The notes under the pieces were generated by a model. It was not told the DNA's origin, did not search any database, and was given only the letters and a program-made list of their open reading frames with translations. 64,000 nucleotides of DNA, taken from contig JBLDXI010000060.1 in the NCBI GenBank assembly GCA_047495785.1, positions 248,001 to 312,000 of the forward strand, read 5' to 3'. Positions 21,274 to 32,886 of the stretch are shown piece after piece. The stretch is from Lepidodermella squamata (Eukaryota > Animalia > Gastrotricha). A program made the translations under genes and the position numbers. Each line of letters opens with the position of its first letter. Positions within the stretch are counted from its first letter, which is position 1.

Positions 21274-21946
21274 AAAGGATTAGTGTGATTCACCATGAAC
21301 CAACTGATAAACAATTGTCAGTTACAGACGAAGACTTAAACATATCCTTGCAAACACTTACTCTTTATAGGCTACTTTTGGTGGGTATGTCATTTTCAAG
21401 GCATCACACGGACTTAGAGTCGTCGTAGTACCTGGATAATCGGCGGGGTGAGAGTTGATCACTACGAGTCCTACAGCGCTGAAACCTAACATGAATAATC
21501 CCAACGTGCACGTCAAACTTAGGTAATATGCGATTTTGTAAGGACCCTTGATAGCGTTATCTCTCGCCATTTGTTCTGGACTCCACAATAACGGCGGCCC
21601 AGGCGGCGAGACGTAGTTTTCTGGTCCCACTACCATTGGCTTCTTCCAAGCACAAACAATTGCAGGGATTGCGCAGCACCAAAGACCGGTGAATAATGAA
21701 CAAATAGACCAGCATCGTGCGCATGATTTGAGCTGTGCAAGTGGCATAGCTGCCAGGGAGAAGCGGGTTCTGCGGTTATTGATGATTATCACGCTGAAAA
21801 GATCTCACGTAACACAACGGCAAAAAATATGTTTTAATAGCACCATACTTTTGTGTGGCGCCCATTGAATTCGCCTGGTTCCAAGATGGCTGTGAAACCT
21901 GAGGAGAATGACCCGGGGTGTTCTGAGTTTGAAAGCCTTGATGCAT
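21099..21946 (-). CDS. CD225/dispanin-like membrane protein, copy 4 (3 exons, intact)
   Basis: MHQGFQTQN... exon 1; exons 2-3 homologous to copy 1 with the same intron positions. Confidence 0.6.
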
Positions 21947-22266
21947 CCTCACCAAACTTTTAAATTCTTTACCTCCCAATGAAAATCAAAATCCTATTAT
22001 TGAGTGTGAAAAACATTCATTCGCAGTACGTGGATTATGTTATCTAATTGCTTGTTAGCTCCTTTTTGCAGTGACAGATACGCGTTTTAATTTAAATAAA
22101 ACTTGCGTGGGCTTCAACGGCTCGCAATTATAGTTTGGTTCAATTTTCCGAAGTCGACGCTTCCTTTTATCGATACCACGCTTATTGGTGGTATTACTAT
22201 GAGTTCTAGAGCCTCCTATGGTTCTCAAAATGATGAACGCATCATTTAACTTCCCTTTCTCAAGTA

Positions 22267-22333
22267 GTCTGAGTAGAGCTCGAGAAAATCCTTTGAAACA
22301 TAAGGATCAGCGTGATTTACCATCAACCACCTG
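22267..22333 (-). pseudogene. Short remnant of a dispanin-like last exon
   Basis: ~67 nt matching 2798-2864, including the splice acceptor. Confidence 0.6.
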
Positions 22334-23298
22334 TGAGCGTGTAGCCATTCTGCGGACCTGGCTGCATCTTCGCCAAGCTTCAATGTTCTTGACCGCACGA
22401 TGAAAATTCAAAGCCTATTCTTGATTGTCCAACAATGTCATTCGAAGTTATTATATTGCCTAAAGTTATATATCGCTTTGTCGCCTGTGTGAAGTAACAA
22501 ATAATTTAATTAAAAAATTTGCGAATCTCTCAACAGCTCGAAGCTTCAGTTTGGGTTTAATTTCCTGCTTTCGAAGCGTTTCTCTCGTTCTGTAGATACC
22601 GCGCAAATCTTTGGTATTGTGAGCTCCATTATTTCGCGGACATTACTCTGTAGAGTGGTTCGCGAAATAATGCTTATAAGGCTTAAGGCTTATCCAAAAA
22701 ACAGTAAACTTTTTCAGCAATGCTCGGCATTTTCGCCTGCAGAGCCTTTATCGAGCTCCATACGGCACGCAAATACCACAAATGAATCACACTGCCATAA
22801 AATGTTGTGAATGACCCAGAAGTCCTCTTTTTTCGCCTTTAACCTTCATCAACCATTAATCAGGGAGTGGTCCTCCGCTGTTATCTATCATTGGGTGGGG
22901 CTGTATCAAACGGTATTTCAGTATTGCAAATTAAGGTTCGCAGCTCGAGAGTTTTCTGTCAACTGTTAACTTTCAAAGACTTTCAAAGTGGCAATACAAA
23001 AGAATGAATTATGACAAAATGTTGTTGGGAGAGAAATTTCCGCTTCAGTAAGGATACAACGATCAAGGTTCCTGTTCGAGGTTATTACTGAATACGATGT
23101 TCTCGAATTCCTTTCGTTTGATAGCATCAGGTTATGGAGAAAGCCTGTTTATTGTTCGTCAATATCCCCAAATGGTGAATTCATTTAATCATCGATTGAA
23201 CTACGACCTGTGTTGATCAGGAATAAATAAAAGAGAACAGTCTGGTGGTTATTGCCATAAGAAAAATCGGATGAAAGGTTTTTCAGTGTTGTAGAGAC

Positions 23299-24595
23299 AT
23301 GTTTAAATTATACTTGATGGCGATATTTCTGAATATAGCCTTCTCAGAATACGTGCCTGAAGAGCTCATTTTCAGGAATGAAATTGTTGAAAGATGCAAG
23401 CTTGACCAAAAGATTCGCCCAGTTGTATACTTCAATGAGACTCTCCTTTTGAACGCTTCCTTCGTCGCCTATCGATTCTGCGGAATAGGAAATCAAGGAG
23501 AATGGTAACTTGTTTTCCAAGATTGCTTCAAGATTCTAAATCTGTGATCATACACCAGGCTTTGCGTTGCTGGAGAGGTTTGGATGGAGTGGGATCATCC
23601 GTGTGCTAGGTGGGATGACTCCAATACAACCGTTGAATGGATTGAAATGCGAGGCAGCGAGACTTGGATCCCACGCATAATGCACTACGACAGTTACGAA
23701 AGCATTGATTACATGGACACGTAAAACCCTTCATTGCTATGATACATAAATTAATTGAATTACTTCAATAATACGCTAGCGCTTCGCAAGGAGCGGTGTT
23801 AAACTTCAACAGAAATGGGCATGTCGAAATGGTCAGCATTGCAATGTTCAACTCATTTTGCGAACTTGAGTAAGGAATCTTTCTTTAAGCCAACCATAGA
23901 CTTAGTCCATAAGTTTGCAACATACTAGTGTTGTCAAATTCCCATTCGACGTACAAAATTGTTCGGTAAGATTGGACTCGTTTTACGGGTTGAATCAAGT
24001 CGACATGCAACTCAGTGCCGACCCATTACGTTTCGATAATTACGGCAGCTTCACGACTAGCATGGACATGTGGTATCTGGTCGCGAGTTACGCTGAAAGG
24101 CACGAAACTGAGGACGATTACAGATCGAAGTATGCCAACGTCAAATTCGTCTTCAAAATGCGTCGCAAACCTGCAAGTTACATCGTCATTATTTTCATCC
24201 CGAATCTGTGTCTAATCCTGCTTCTACTTTCGTCCGGCTTCATGCCGCCCGAAAACCCGGATCGGCCGACTTACTGCATCACAGTGGTGCTGGCCTACAC
24301 AGTGGCATACTCGACAGTCAGCTCGTTGATTCCTAGTTCGGCTGCTGTTCCGCATATCATTGTATTCATAACGCATCAGTTGATCATAAGTACGCTGTGC
24401 TCGATCTATTGTTTAATCGCCTGTGATTTAGCAATGCGCGAGGCATTCAAACGCCAGATAATCGTACCACTTTGTGGTAAAAACAAACATTTCAGTATTT
24501 CCGTCATTCGACTGATTGATGCGATATTCTTCGGAGTTTTGACGTCAATTGACTTTATTTTAGCTGTGTTGTTTATCTTGGTCATAACTCGGTGA
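23299..24595 (+). CDS. Divergent Cys-loop LGIC subunit (LGIC2), intact paralog of LGIC1
   Basis: Signal peptide, 4 exons, CELDVVKFPFDVQNC, M2 PDRPTYCITVVL, short M3-M4 loop. Upstream 22850-23298 is homologous to 7770-8224. Confidence 0.9.
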
Positions 24596-24748
24596 TGGGT
24601 GATCGAATTCCAATAAATCCATCGGAAGATTGAGTCATATTCATGTTTTATTAAAGACAGCGGCTCGCATGCTTATTTAACACAGCGATAGTTCGATTGA
24701 CTGTCCTGGCATTATTTTGCTCAACCAAATAATAGCTTTTTTGAATGA

Positions 24749-25450
24749 ATGGATGAACAACTGGTGAGCGATTTCGCATTTTGGACTCTAACTGTGAAAC
24801 GTTTTGCTGTTACAGGAGTTCTGGCGTTATGTCACCCTCGGCGATCTGCCCCAAGTCGAGAATCTGCTTATGAATGGCAAAGTATCCATCGATGAGTTGA
24901 ACTCAGAGAAGGAAACAGCTGTGAGCTTAGCGATTCGCAACCATCAATCCGCAATTGCTGAGTATCTGCTGCAAAATGGCGCAAACCCTATGGCAGAAAC
25001 AGGGAAATTCGGGAGTTTGCCTATTCATCTCGCTGCTCGAGTGATCCGGTGATCTCAATCTTGTCGAAGTCTTGATTGAAAAATACGGCGTGAATGCTGA
25101 CATCGCGAGATCATGCGACGGATACACTCCACTGATTTTAGCTTGTGAGAATGGCAAAGTCGCCATTGTTAGAGCCCTGGTTGGTAAATTTGGAGCTGAC
25201 GTAGAGAAACCGGCGAGGGATGGATCTAGACCGTTGCATGTCGCCGCTTGGAAGAACCACCTTAGCGTTATTAAAGCCCTTGTTAAAGAGTTCGGGGCCC
25301 AACGGCTGAACCCCGCTACACTTTTCAGCCCAAGAGGGCGTGCTGGATGTGGTAAAACTGCTGCTGGATATGGTAAAATTGGTTTCAAACCACTTAAACG
25401 CTAACAGAAATCTACTCAACGAACGAGGATTAACAGCTCAGCAAATGAGC
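24749..25450 (+). pseudogene. Ankyrin-repeat pseudogene
   Basis: Ankyrin motifs (LPIHLAA, TPLILAC, RPLHVAA, TPLHFSA) lie in different frames; ~4-nt insertion near 25040, deletion plus in-frame TGA near 25300. Confidence 0.8.
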
Positions 25451-25516
25451 GCATGATTTTAGATTCATATGAACGTTTTACTAATATTACAGCTTAAAAA
25501 TAAATTGATATTACAA

Positions 25517-26990
25517 CTAATCTTGGTGTTCGTCTTCAGGTTCTTGCTTTTCCTCTTCCCTGTTGCCGACTTTGTCTATGAAATCAGGGTTTCTCTTGAA
25601 CGAATCGTTAACAACTTCTGTTTTCGCGAATCTCGACAGTACAGATTTCGGCCGTCTCGGGGCTTCCTTAACGATAGGCGCCGAGGCTCGGCTGCTGCGA
25701 CCCGAGGCTGAGTACGACATAGCTGGGTCCTTTTTCCACTCTACACTCGTCGTGAAGCCATGCCGGTCTGAGAGGCAAGCCAGACCAAAGCGCAGACTTG
25801 CAATGTTGGGCCGGACGTGTTCGACACGGAATGCAATATGAGGCGGGTGGAGGCGTAGCTTCCATTCATCTTCAACATCTTCATGCAACTCAGCGATCTC
25901 CCCAACCAAGTCGTAATCACTCAAAGCCTGGCCGTTACAGTGGAAATCCATCATCGACAAGTAGTAGCCGTATCTCGTCTGAACCTTCTGCTTCAGCATC
26001 AACACGCTGTCATCCTTGTCGGCCCGTAAGTGGAACGTAAAACCAAACGCTGCCTTTTTGATGTTGTTCAACAGCCGATGGCGGTCACCACATATATCAG
26101 AATCAGCGTGCCAATCTGAGAAGTAGATGCAGCCTTTGAAGTGGCAATTGATCGCCAGCCGGTAGTCTTCATACAGCTCGATCAACGTGCCGTTTCTTAC
26201 CTTGCTCTCGCCCGTTTCGAGGCGGAATCGCTTCAACTTTTCTGCATCAACTGCGAGGGCTGAACGGATCCTGGCGCGATTGTCGCGACTCATCGGGTCT
26301 TGCGACTTCAAAATCATGGCATCAGCCTGCTCGCCGGTTCTCACCCGTTTCACAGTAACTTTCACCAACTGTTTCGCCTCGAAAATCGCGCTGTCGGTTT
26401 CGAAATCAGCCAGTCGTTTCCCAGCGACTTTCTCTCCGCTGAAACAGATTTCGAGGAGATCCGGCGTGATTTTGAGTTTGTTATCTCGGATGATCCTCTC
26501 TGATAACTGAGTGGCTGTTGCATTGGACTTTGACATTATCACAGCATTTGCTTTGCCGGAATCCAGTTGGTAAGTCACGACTAACGGATCGACAAGGCTT
26601 AGGCTGAACTGGCTCGAAGCGCTTAGGCCGATTTGGCCCACAGTTGCCTCGTCATCGGTCAGTTCCCGGCCGTCGAGGGTCAACTTTTGATTCTGCGGGC
26701 TGTAACCTGTCTGCTGTTCAACCGCAAGTTTCAGGTCGGCTATCCTTGACGAAGATTCGATGTTCAACGTGGCGAAAATGAGTTTGTTCTCATGCGTTGG
26801 GTCTTGCACGGCTAGTTCGATTTCAAAGCGGTTTGGGTCGGGCTGGAGAGAAACATTCAGCTTTTCATAATTTGAAACAAGGCTCATCTACCTCGTGGAG
26901 AACTTCTTCCAGCAAGCCGCTCCTTGACTGGGCCTTACTGCCAGGGCGGAATTTCTTCGGAACCAACCCGTACGGGCTTTTCGAAGGCAT
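25517..26990 (-). CDS. Protein with several ubiquitin-like domains (exons 26990-26892 and 26842-25517)
   Basis: SSRIADLKLAVEQQTGYSPQNQKLTLDGRELTDD and DSVLMLKQKVQTRYG...HCNGQALSD are UBL-like; 49-nt phase-0 intron. Confidence 0.75.
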
Positions 26991-27301
26991 TTCTAGCGTA
27001 ATCTTATAGCTATCAAATTGAGTTTCAAATTAGGCGATGAGCGAGCCTCAAGTACATTATTCTCAAGTGGCTAGCAACGCCTAAAAAGGCCCAATAAAAT
27101 AATCAATTCCTCGTGAATGGACGCGTGACGAGTGTGTTGCCAAATAAGAGCCCACCGATAGGTTCTATTCAGCTAGTTTTTTTCAAAAACTCAATGGCGT
27201 ATCGCGTTTATTGATGCGTAATGTGACTGAGTAAACGTATTTCAGTCCGAAATTTTGAAACAGCAATTATAAAAATAGCTCAAATGCTTTATTTCCATTT
27301 T

Positions 27302-28311
27302 TCACAGAATGAAAGGAATTACAGCCTTACGATCAGCCGGGTACTTGTCCTTGAACTGGCTCTTGTACCATTTATGGGTCTGAACAGCCCGCGGTATCAG
27401 ATTGGTCATAGTTTCGAGGACAAATGACGCCGGCGCCAGCATGAATCCGCTCGTAACCGTGTAACCAGTCCATTCGATGATTTCTGAGAAGTAATTAGGG
27501 CAGGAAATCAGCTCGTACAGACCACCCTCTGGGATGTAGTAGCCTTTAGGATCGCGGCCCTTACGCAGGTTCATCAGCGTATTATCCGCAACGATGTTGT
27601 GGTAAAAGCCAAAAAGGTAAACCATCATTCCTAAAAAAATAAGTCAATATAAATACAAAATAACACAATTTTCAAAATTATTTGGGAAAAAATGGAAAAA
27701 TATCTAAAAATTTTTTGAGATTTTTGGAAAATATTATTAATATTTTATAAATTATTTTCATAATTAATAGTTAATTTTAATTTTATAATTACTAATTTTT
27801 ATTGATTTTAATAAAATTCCAATATTTTACCGATCGTAGCCATTGTTTCCGTGAAATCGCCCTTCGAAGCTTTGGCAACAGCGTATCCATTGATAAAGCC
27901 GTTATTGATGTTGAAAAATACCGCCGAACCTACAACCGTGATAGGCGATGGCTTCATGGCCGGCATGCGAATCGTATAGATTACGGATCGGTTGAAGTAG
28001 TGCGTCACCCACATGGCGATAAGGATCCATTGAACGCACGAGAAATCGCGCCACGTGACCTTACTGAGGCCATTTTCATGCATGAAGTACACCGTGCCGA
28101 GGTAGGCGATCGGCGATGTTATTTCCTGAACAAACCACCCGAATTTGCCGTTGAGGAGAAGGCCCCAGTTTTTGCTGGTGAAACGGCCATAAGGCGCCGG
28201 GACGTAGAGTAAAACTGGGATGAGGATGAAGGGTAGGACCAGCCATAGGGTGATACCGCCCCAGTACAGCGTATCCAACCAATCGATAAGAAATTTTTCA
28301 ACAGCTGCCAT
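27302..28311 (-). CDS. SRD5A: Steroid 5-alpha-reductase (SRD5A1/2-like), one 200-nt AT-rich intron (27830-27631)
   Basis: APYGRF, WFVQE, HYFNRS, YYIPEGGLYELISCPNYFSEIIEW, NLIPRA..HKWY..F..YP..RKAVIPFIL. Confidence 0.93.
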
Positions 28312-29140
28312 TCGTCGATAATAAGAGCAATTTGACAAGAAGTGAATTGACCCACTACGTGAATGACGAAAAAAAATGGATAACTCGAATGAACACGTGA
28401 GCTTACGTGGGTGGGATAAGATAAAAAATAGCCATTTACTAGGCACACGTCAGTAAATTTGTCATTCCTGTGATAAGACACGCCGTGTTTACCACTAAAA
28501 ATAACACGTTTATCATAAAAATAAATTGAGAAAAAAAGGTAAAAATCTTCACGTAACATTCTACACTGGCTTGTCATTTGTCTGTGTTTTTTAAACCGCG
28601 AGAATTTTCCCCGTTCCGCGTTCAAATGCGTCAAATGTGTCAAATAGGGTGTGTAATTACGTGAAATAGAATCGGCCAGTCACCCTTTTGAAAACCGAAA
28701 AATAAAAGCCAATGCAAAACTCACTATACTGTGTTAGGAATTCAAGTTTGAACTCGATTCCCTCTTGATATTTACACATTTCCATTTGTTACGATTTTGT
28801 TGGCAAACAAAGAAGCATAATCTCGAATTCGATTAAGTCACGCACACGTCTAATAAAATTATTTTTTATTGCGTCGAATATTTATTCGAATAAATTTTTA
28901 TTTTTACAGAAATATTCAAATATTGCCCAGTTTTTATTTTTTTTTTGAAAATTATCACAGAAAAATTATCGGTACGCATTTAACTTCGACTGAAGTCTTA
29001 TCCGAAATTCGCCATCTGTACTTATCGAAAAAATGTACTTATCAGACGATAATCTGATGTCGATTTTCGGAAAAATGTGCGTAAAAATGAGAAGAAATAT
29101 CCATCGGCCTCATATTTTATTGTATAAATTACGAAATCGA

Positions 29141-29658
29141 ATGGATTTTACTGCGTATTTAGTTGTTATCTCCTTCATGGTCAGTGGAATTTTTATCACA
29201 GAAATTGGTAAGACTGCGCTGGTTTGGGGATGAATAAATCAAAACGCCGAATTGAAATCGAATAATTATCGTGATCTTCCCGTTTTTCAGGCGCCGTTTA
29301 TTGCATGATGAGCAACAACTTTTCGATTTTCGACGAGCCTCGCTACGCCTTTGTGGCGACTAAATGGGAGTGCAAGGCGTGCTTGAAGGTGGAAGACAAA
29401 ACCGGTTCGATTCTCGGCAGCCTGTCCATCCTGAAACAGTGCATAGCCGACGAGGAACAGGTGCAGGAAGACGGCTGCCAGCGGCGGTATGTCCGCGGCA
29501 ATTTCGGCGGCGAAATCTGTTACTGCTCAGACAGAGACCTGTGCAACGGCGGGTGCATTTCAAACCCAGAACTAACGCCATTTATTTGCGCCTTTTTTCT
29601 ACCTTTGATCACGAAATTTACAGTAAATTTACTACAAATTCTTTCGCATGTTTGCTAA
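29141..29658 (+). CDS. Ly6/three-finger (Quiver-like) protein 2
   Basis: Signal-peptide exon, phase-1 intron, VYC...CKACLK...KQC...GC...CYCSDRDLCN, hydrophobic tail; AATAAA follows. Confidence 0.85.
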
Positions 29659-30044
29659 TTATTTAAATAAAAATTCATCAAAGCCCAGATCGGTTGTTTG
29701 AGAAAATATGTTGTTTTCCGTTTTATCATTGAAAGAGTTTCGGTAGAGAACACTCCGAGGATTGAGAACTCGAAAACCCAATAATTTGTCATTTTTGCCA
29801 CGCGTCAGTGAGTACCGTGAAAACAGTAATAGCAGTAACTGGAAATTTTCACATTGTTAGGAGGTTTATACCTTAGTATTGACCCGCTTGGCACACTCAA
29901 AGCCTTCCAATTAGAAACGAAATGTTATCGGCGGAGATGCTTTGCGGAAACATCGTCGGCGTATGTAAACATTACATGCCGCGACTATGTTTGAATCAGT
30001 CAGTAAAGCAAAACCTCTGCTTCAATTTTTGCACCTATGCTACA

Positions 30045-31350
30045 ATGATGCATTTAGTATTTGGCATACTCATGGTCCAAGGCATGTTGAAACTCATTGC
30101 CGGACAGGCTGTGTACCAACCACCGTCCGATGTGGTCAGCGAAACTCTGATAGCCGAATGCAGCTTGACGAGCCGAGGACGCCCTGTCGTCAACCATTCA
30201 AATCCTGTCCGAGTTGAAATGCTGCTTTACCCTTACAGCTTCCGAGGCATTAGCATCATGGAACAAAGGTAACAGAGAAGGTTTGAAATTGCCTCGATTC
30301 ACGAATTATAAATCAATAGTTTTACGATAATGGCCGAGGTCTACATAAGTTGGTACCATCCATGTGCGCGTTGGTCCAACCGCAGTGGCTTCCGTGGCGT
30401 TGACAGCTTCAAATTGCCGGCGCAAAACAGTTGGTTTCCGGTCATCTACCACAGAAACTCATACTACGAGATCGACTTTATGAATAGGTAACCTCAATAC
30501 CTTTCGATGTAAGGTTATGATTCTACCTTTAATGTTAAGCGTGATGAACAAAGCAAGTGTCCAGTACAACAAAAGCGGCGAGGTTTCGTGGTTCGCAACT
30601 ACAACATTCGTATCACTATGCAATTTGAAGTAAGCAATCCTTTTTTACGAAGATCAGGCCAAGAATAGTCTATCCACCACTAGTTTCCGAAAGTTCCCAT
30701 TCGACTCGCAAGTTTGCCGGTTGATTTTCGAGCCGAACGAATCTATTGGGCGAGTGTCTATTCGGAATGCGCAGATGCGTTTCCCCTACGAAGCCCGGTC
30801 GTTTATCCCATCAAGCGAAGTTTGGACGCTGGTCGAAAACCACACTAACTTCACGTATTCAATCATCGAAGGCGAGCCATACAATTCGGTTTGCTTCTGG
30901 TTCAGCCTGCGTCGCAAACCCGCACCGTACGTCATCAGCATATTCGCCCCTAGTGCATCCCTGTTGTCGATGCTCTTCTTTACTATGTTTATCCCACCCC
31001 ATGACTCGAATCGGGCAGTTTGCGTCATTACCGTAGTGCTAGCAAGCACGGTCGAGCAGGGCAAAGTCGGCAATGTTATACCTGAGTCTGCTGAAGTCGC
31101 TTACGTTGTCGTCTACCTCAACTTTCAAATGTCGATTTCAGTTATATGCGCAATTTACACGTTGATCGCCTGCGAACTGGCTAGACGCGACTGGTTCAAA
31201 AAGCCAGTTTTCGCGTTCAACCTGTTCGGCTCCAAAGTTAGGCATAAAATAATTATGATACGACTGATTGATCATGCATTCTACGCTGTTATTCTGCTCG
31301 TTACCATTGCTTTTCTTACCTGGTTCAACTCTCAAATGTTAGATTTGTAA
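30045..31350 (+). CDS. Divergent Cys-loop LGIC subunit (LGIC3), 4 exons
   Basis: GRPV, WYHPCARW, WFPVIYHRN, CNLNFRKFPFDSQVC, LRRKP, four TMs. Confidence 0.9.
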
Positions 31351-31424
31351 TTCGTGTGCAACGATGCGTTAAGTGCGGAATAAAAGCCTCGTTTTTTTAA
31401 GCAGTTCACTTGTGTTTTTAGGAA

Positions 31425-32825
31425 ATGAACGAATTCTCGCTGCTACTACTGCTATCTGTCGCAGGTTTAGCTTGTTCATCGCAGCGTAAAGCTGACGATT
31501 GGGTGGTTGTTAGGCAGATTCGACTGCCCTGTCCTGGTTTTACGTGCATGGACGGCAGCTGCATCCCAAAGGCCTTCCACTGCGATTCTGAATTCGACTG
31601 CCGAGACAAAACAGACGAGCGTAATTGCGAGAGCCCTGAAACCTCAGGCTACAATAAAACGGTGAGCTCTAACATAGTTGAAAATCCGCCTTAAAGATCA
31701 ATCTTTCCCTTAAAGCTTGATGGAATAAAAGCCTTGTATACAGAGATAGCTGAATCGATTAATGAGAAAGCGACTGATTCAGTTGGTATCAATCGCCTGA
31801 TTGCAAAAATCACCACAACAACCGGGGGAGATTTTGACCCGGATTGGCGCTTGAATGGGCTTGTAAGTCGCTGCGGTTGGCTGAGTGAGAATCCAACTCT
31901 GCTGCATCTGGTTTGCCAATGCTCGAATTGGCAGCCTGAGACCATGTCGCAGATTGCAAAATGGCTCATCGGATACGGCGCGCAGGTCGATGCTCGGGAG
32001 ACAAAATATTTCCATCGCCCTCTGGTGTACGCGTCATTTTACGGAAATATGGCTATCGTTAAGGCTTTACTCGATAATCAGGCGAAAATTGATGCCAAAG
32101 ATCGCGATGGAATGACGCCGCTCATGTATGCTGCTGCGAATGGTCAGTTAGAAATAATTGAATACCTGCTCGTTAAAGAAGCCAATGCCAATGAAAGAGA
32201 TGCCAATGGAACGACGGCTTTGATGGAAGCGGCAGCAAATGGTCATATGAAGGTCGCTCAACATTTGCTGGAGAAAGGAGCTGGTTTGAAGTTCCGAAAC
32301 TCAAGAGGCCAGACTGCTGCAATGTTGGCTGCACTGAATGACGAAATCGCCCTAGCCGAGCTGCTTCAGTCTTTAGATGTAACAAGCTATTTCTGGAATA
32401 ACGGGTTGAAACGGCCGAGATCAGGAACAGAATGTGAACTGGTCATCAATGAGGAACCCGAGGCTGATAGCAGTGAAGAGAACGATCCACCATTAGATGA
32501 AGCAAAAGCTGAGCTTTTTGATAGGTATCGCCAGGTGACTGCTCTAGTCTCAGCAGCCTCAATCGGTGATTTGAACCTGGTGAAAACACTTGCCGGTAGC
32601 GGAGCATTCCTGCAAGCTGTCGACAGAGAGGGTACAAATGCGTTGACTGCTGCTGCCCGATCAGGTGAAGTTGCAACCATGCGATACCTGCTGGAGAGAG
32701 GATACAGCGTGAAGAATGCCAGTGATTGGATGCTGGCTAGACTAATCATTGACGCTAAGAAAAACCCTCCTATTCTTCTGAAACACGTTGCGAGCAAGTG
32801 CCAAACTAACAACAACCCTTCCTGA
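31425..32825 (+). CDS. Signal peptide + LDL-receptor class A module + ankyrin repeats (intron 31662-31715)
   Basis: CPGFTCMDGSCIPKAFHCDSEFDCRDKTDERNC; a 54-nt phase-0 intron joins it in frame to ankyrin ORF 31734-32825. Confidence 0.75.
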
Positions 32826-32886
32826 ATAAAAGTTCAACGATATAATTTTTCTGTCACATTGCACAATAGTAGGCGAATCCCAAACA

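Noticed and set aside
27631-27830. Very AT-rich 200-bp stretch
   Set aside because: Explained as the SRD5A intron with canonical splice sites; no TIRs seen.
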